Positions 63,374-64,000 of a DNA stretch of 64,000 nucleotides are shown here, piece after piece (within the stretch, counting starts at the first letter, position 1; every line of letters starts with the position of its first letter). The notes beneath the pieces are model-generated. The model was not told where the DNA came from. It did no database searches and was given only the letters and a program-made list of their open reading frames with translations. The DNA comes from Amoebidium appalachense. Lineage: Eukaryota > Protista > Ichthyosporea. The DNA lies in assembly GCA_963693365.1 (NCBI GenBank), contig CAVNZM010000012.1, forward strand, positions 1,674,001 through 1,738,000, given 5' to 3'. Made by a program: the position numbers and the translations under genes.

Positions 63374-64000
63374 CGAGAAAATTGGGTACTCTGCCTATCA
63401 TCTAAACCTGTACCTATAGTTCCAGAATACAGATATCTTGGTGTTCCGGTTGATTCTGTTGGTGCTATGTTTCCCCATATGGTCGAAAAGAGGGTAGAGT
63501 TGGCTCGTAAGCGGTTAGCTTTCTTCTCGGCTAATATTTTTAAAGACACACCCCTCCATCCTTCTATTAGACTTACATTTATTCGCACTTTTGTCTTCCC
63601 GGCATGTGAATATGGTTTACCCCTTCTCGCCGCTTGGATCAAGAAAGAGAGAACTAGAGCGCTTAAACCCTTGGCAAATTTCCTTGAAGCAGAAGTTGCC
63701 TCCTTTCTATCTAACAACTGTTGTAAACCTGGGCCTGTAACGCTCTCGATATATGGTCTGGTCCCAATAGCTGCTAGAGTATCCTATCTCGCGCTGAAAT
63801 TCAATAAGCACATAAGCCGCTTAAAGAAGTATTTGCCCTCCCACCCTCTCTTCTCTATCCGACCTGTCCCCTCCTCACCTCTCCCCTCTTTCCTCCCCTC
63901 TCTCTCCCCTTCTCCCCTGGGCACAAATACAAATAAACCCCGCAATAGTGTGTGTGTGACTTTGGACTGCCACTTACTTATTAAACATGTACACAATCAC
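63374..64000 (+). mobile_element. 5'-truncated non-LTR retrotransposon (LINE) RT thumb region, open to the window end
   Basis: Frame is open from 63374 past 64000, so it is missing from the ORF track. It reads VPIVPEYRYLGVPV...RVELARKRL...LHPSIRLTFIRTFVFPACEYGL, the typical Y.YLG...R........P...YG signature after RT domain 7. Confidence 0.8.

Overview
Eukaryotic nuclear DNA with GT-AG spliceosomal introns. The lineage cannot be fixed from sequence alone; gene content fits a unicellular opisthokont or other protist. Seven protein genes are supported: a PAS-domain protein (-), the RNA polymerase I largest subunit RPA1 (+, 11 exons), a secreted M60-like metallopeptidase with EGF and CBM-like domains (+, ~9 exons), an intronless secreted FAD oxidase (-), an intronless BTB-TLDc protein (+), a coiled-coil protein (-) and a C2H2 zinc-finger protein (+). 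A 5'-truncated LINE RT fragment runs off the right edge. Most short ORFs in the supplied track are translations of homopolymers and microsatellites. Three non-coding systems stand out. (1) Most RPA1 introns have G/GT-rich 5' arms and complementary C/CA-rich 3' arms, and the polarity flips with gene strand. (2) A poly-C-embedded, intron-resident, sense-oriented repeat family carries a ~160-nt multi-helix RNA with a pseudoknot supported by compensatory changes. (3) Palindromic insertions of only 29, 40 and 114 bp have CA(A/C)GGCC ends and 8-bp target duplications; two sit inside copies of a tRNA-Asp-like SINE, so the empty sites are visible. All gene models and structures were read by eye, with no searches or folding runs.
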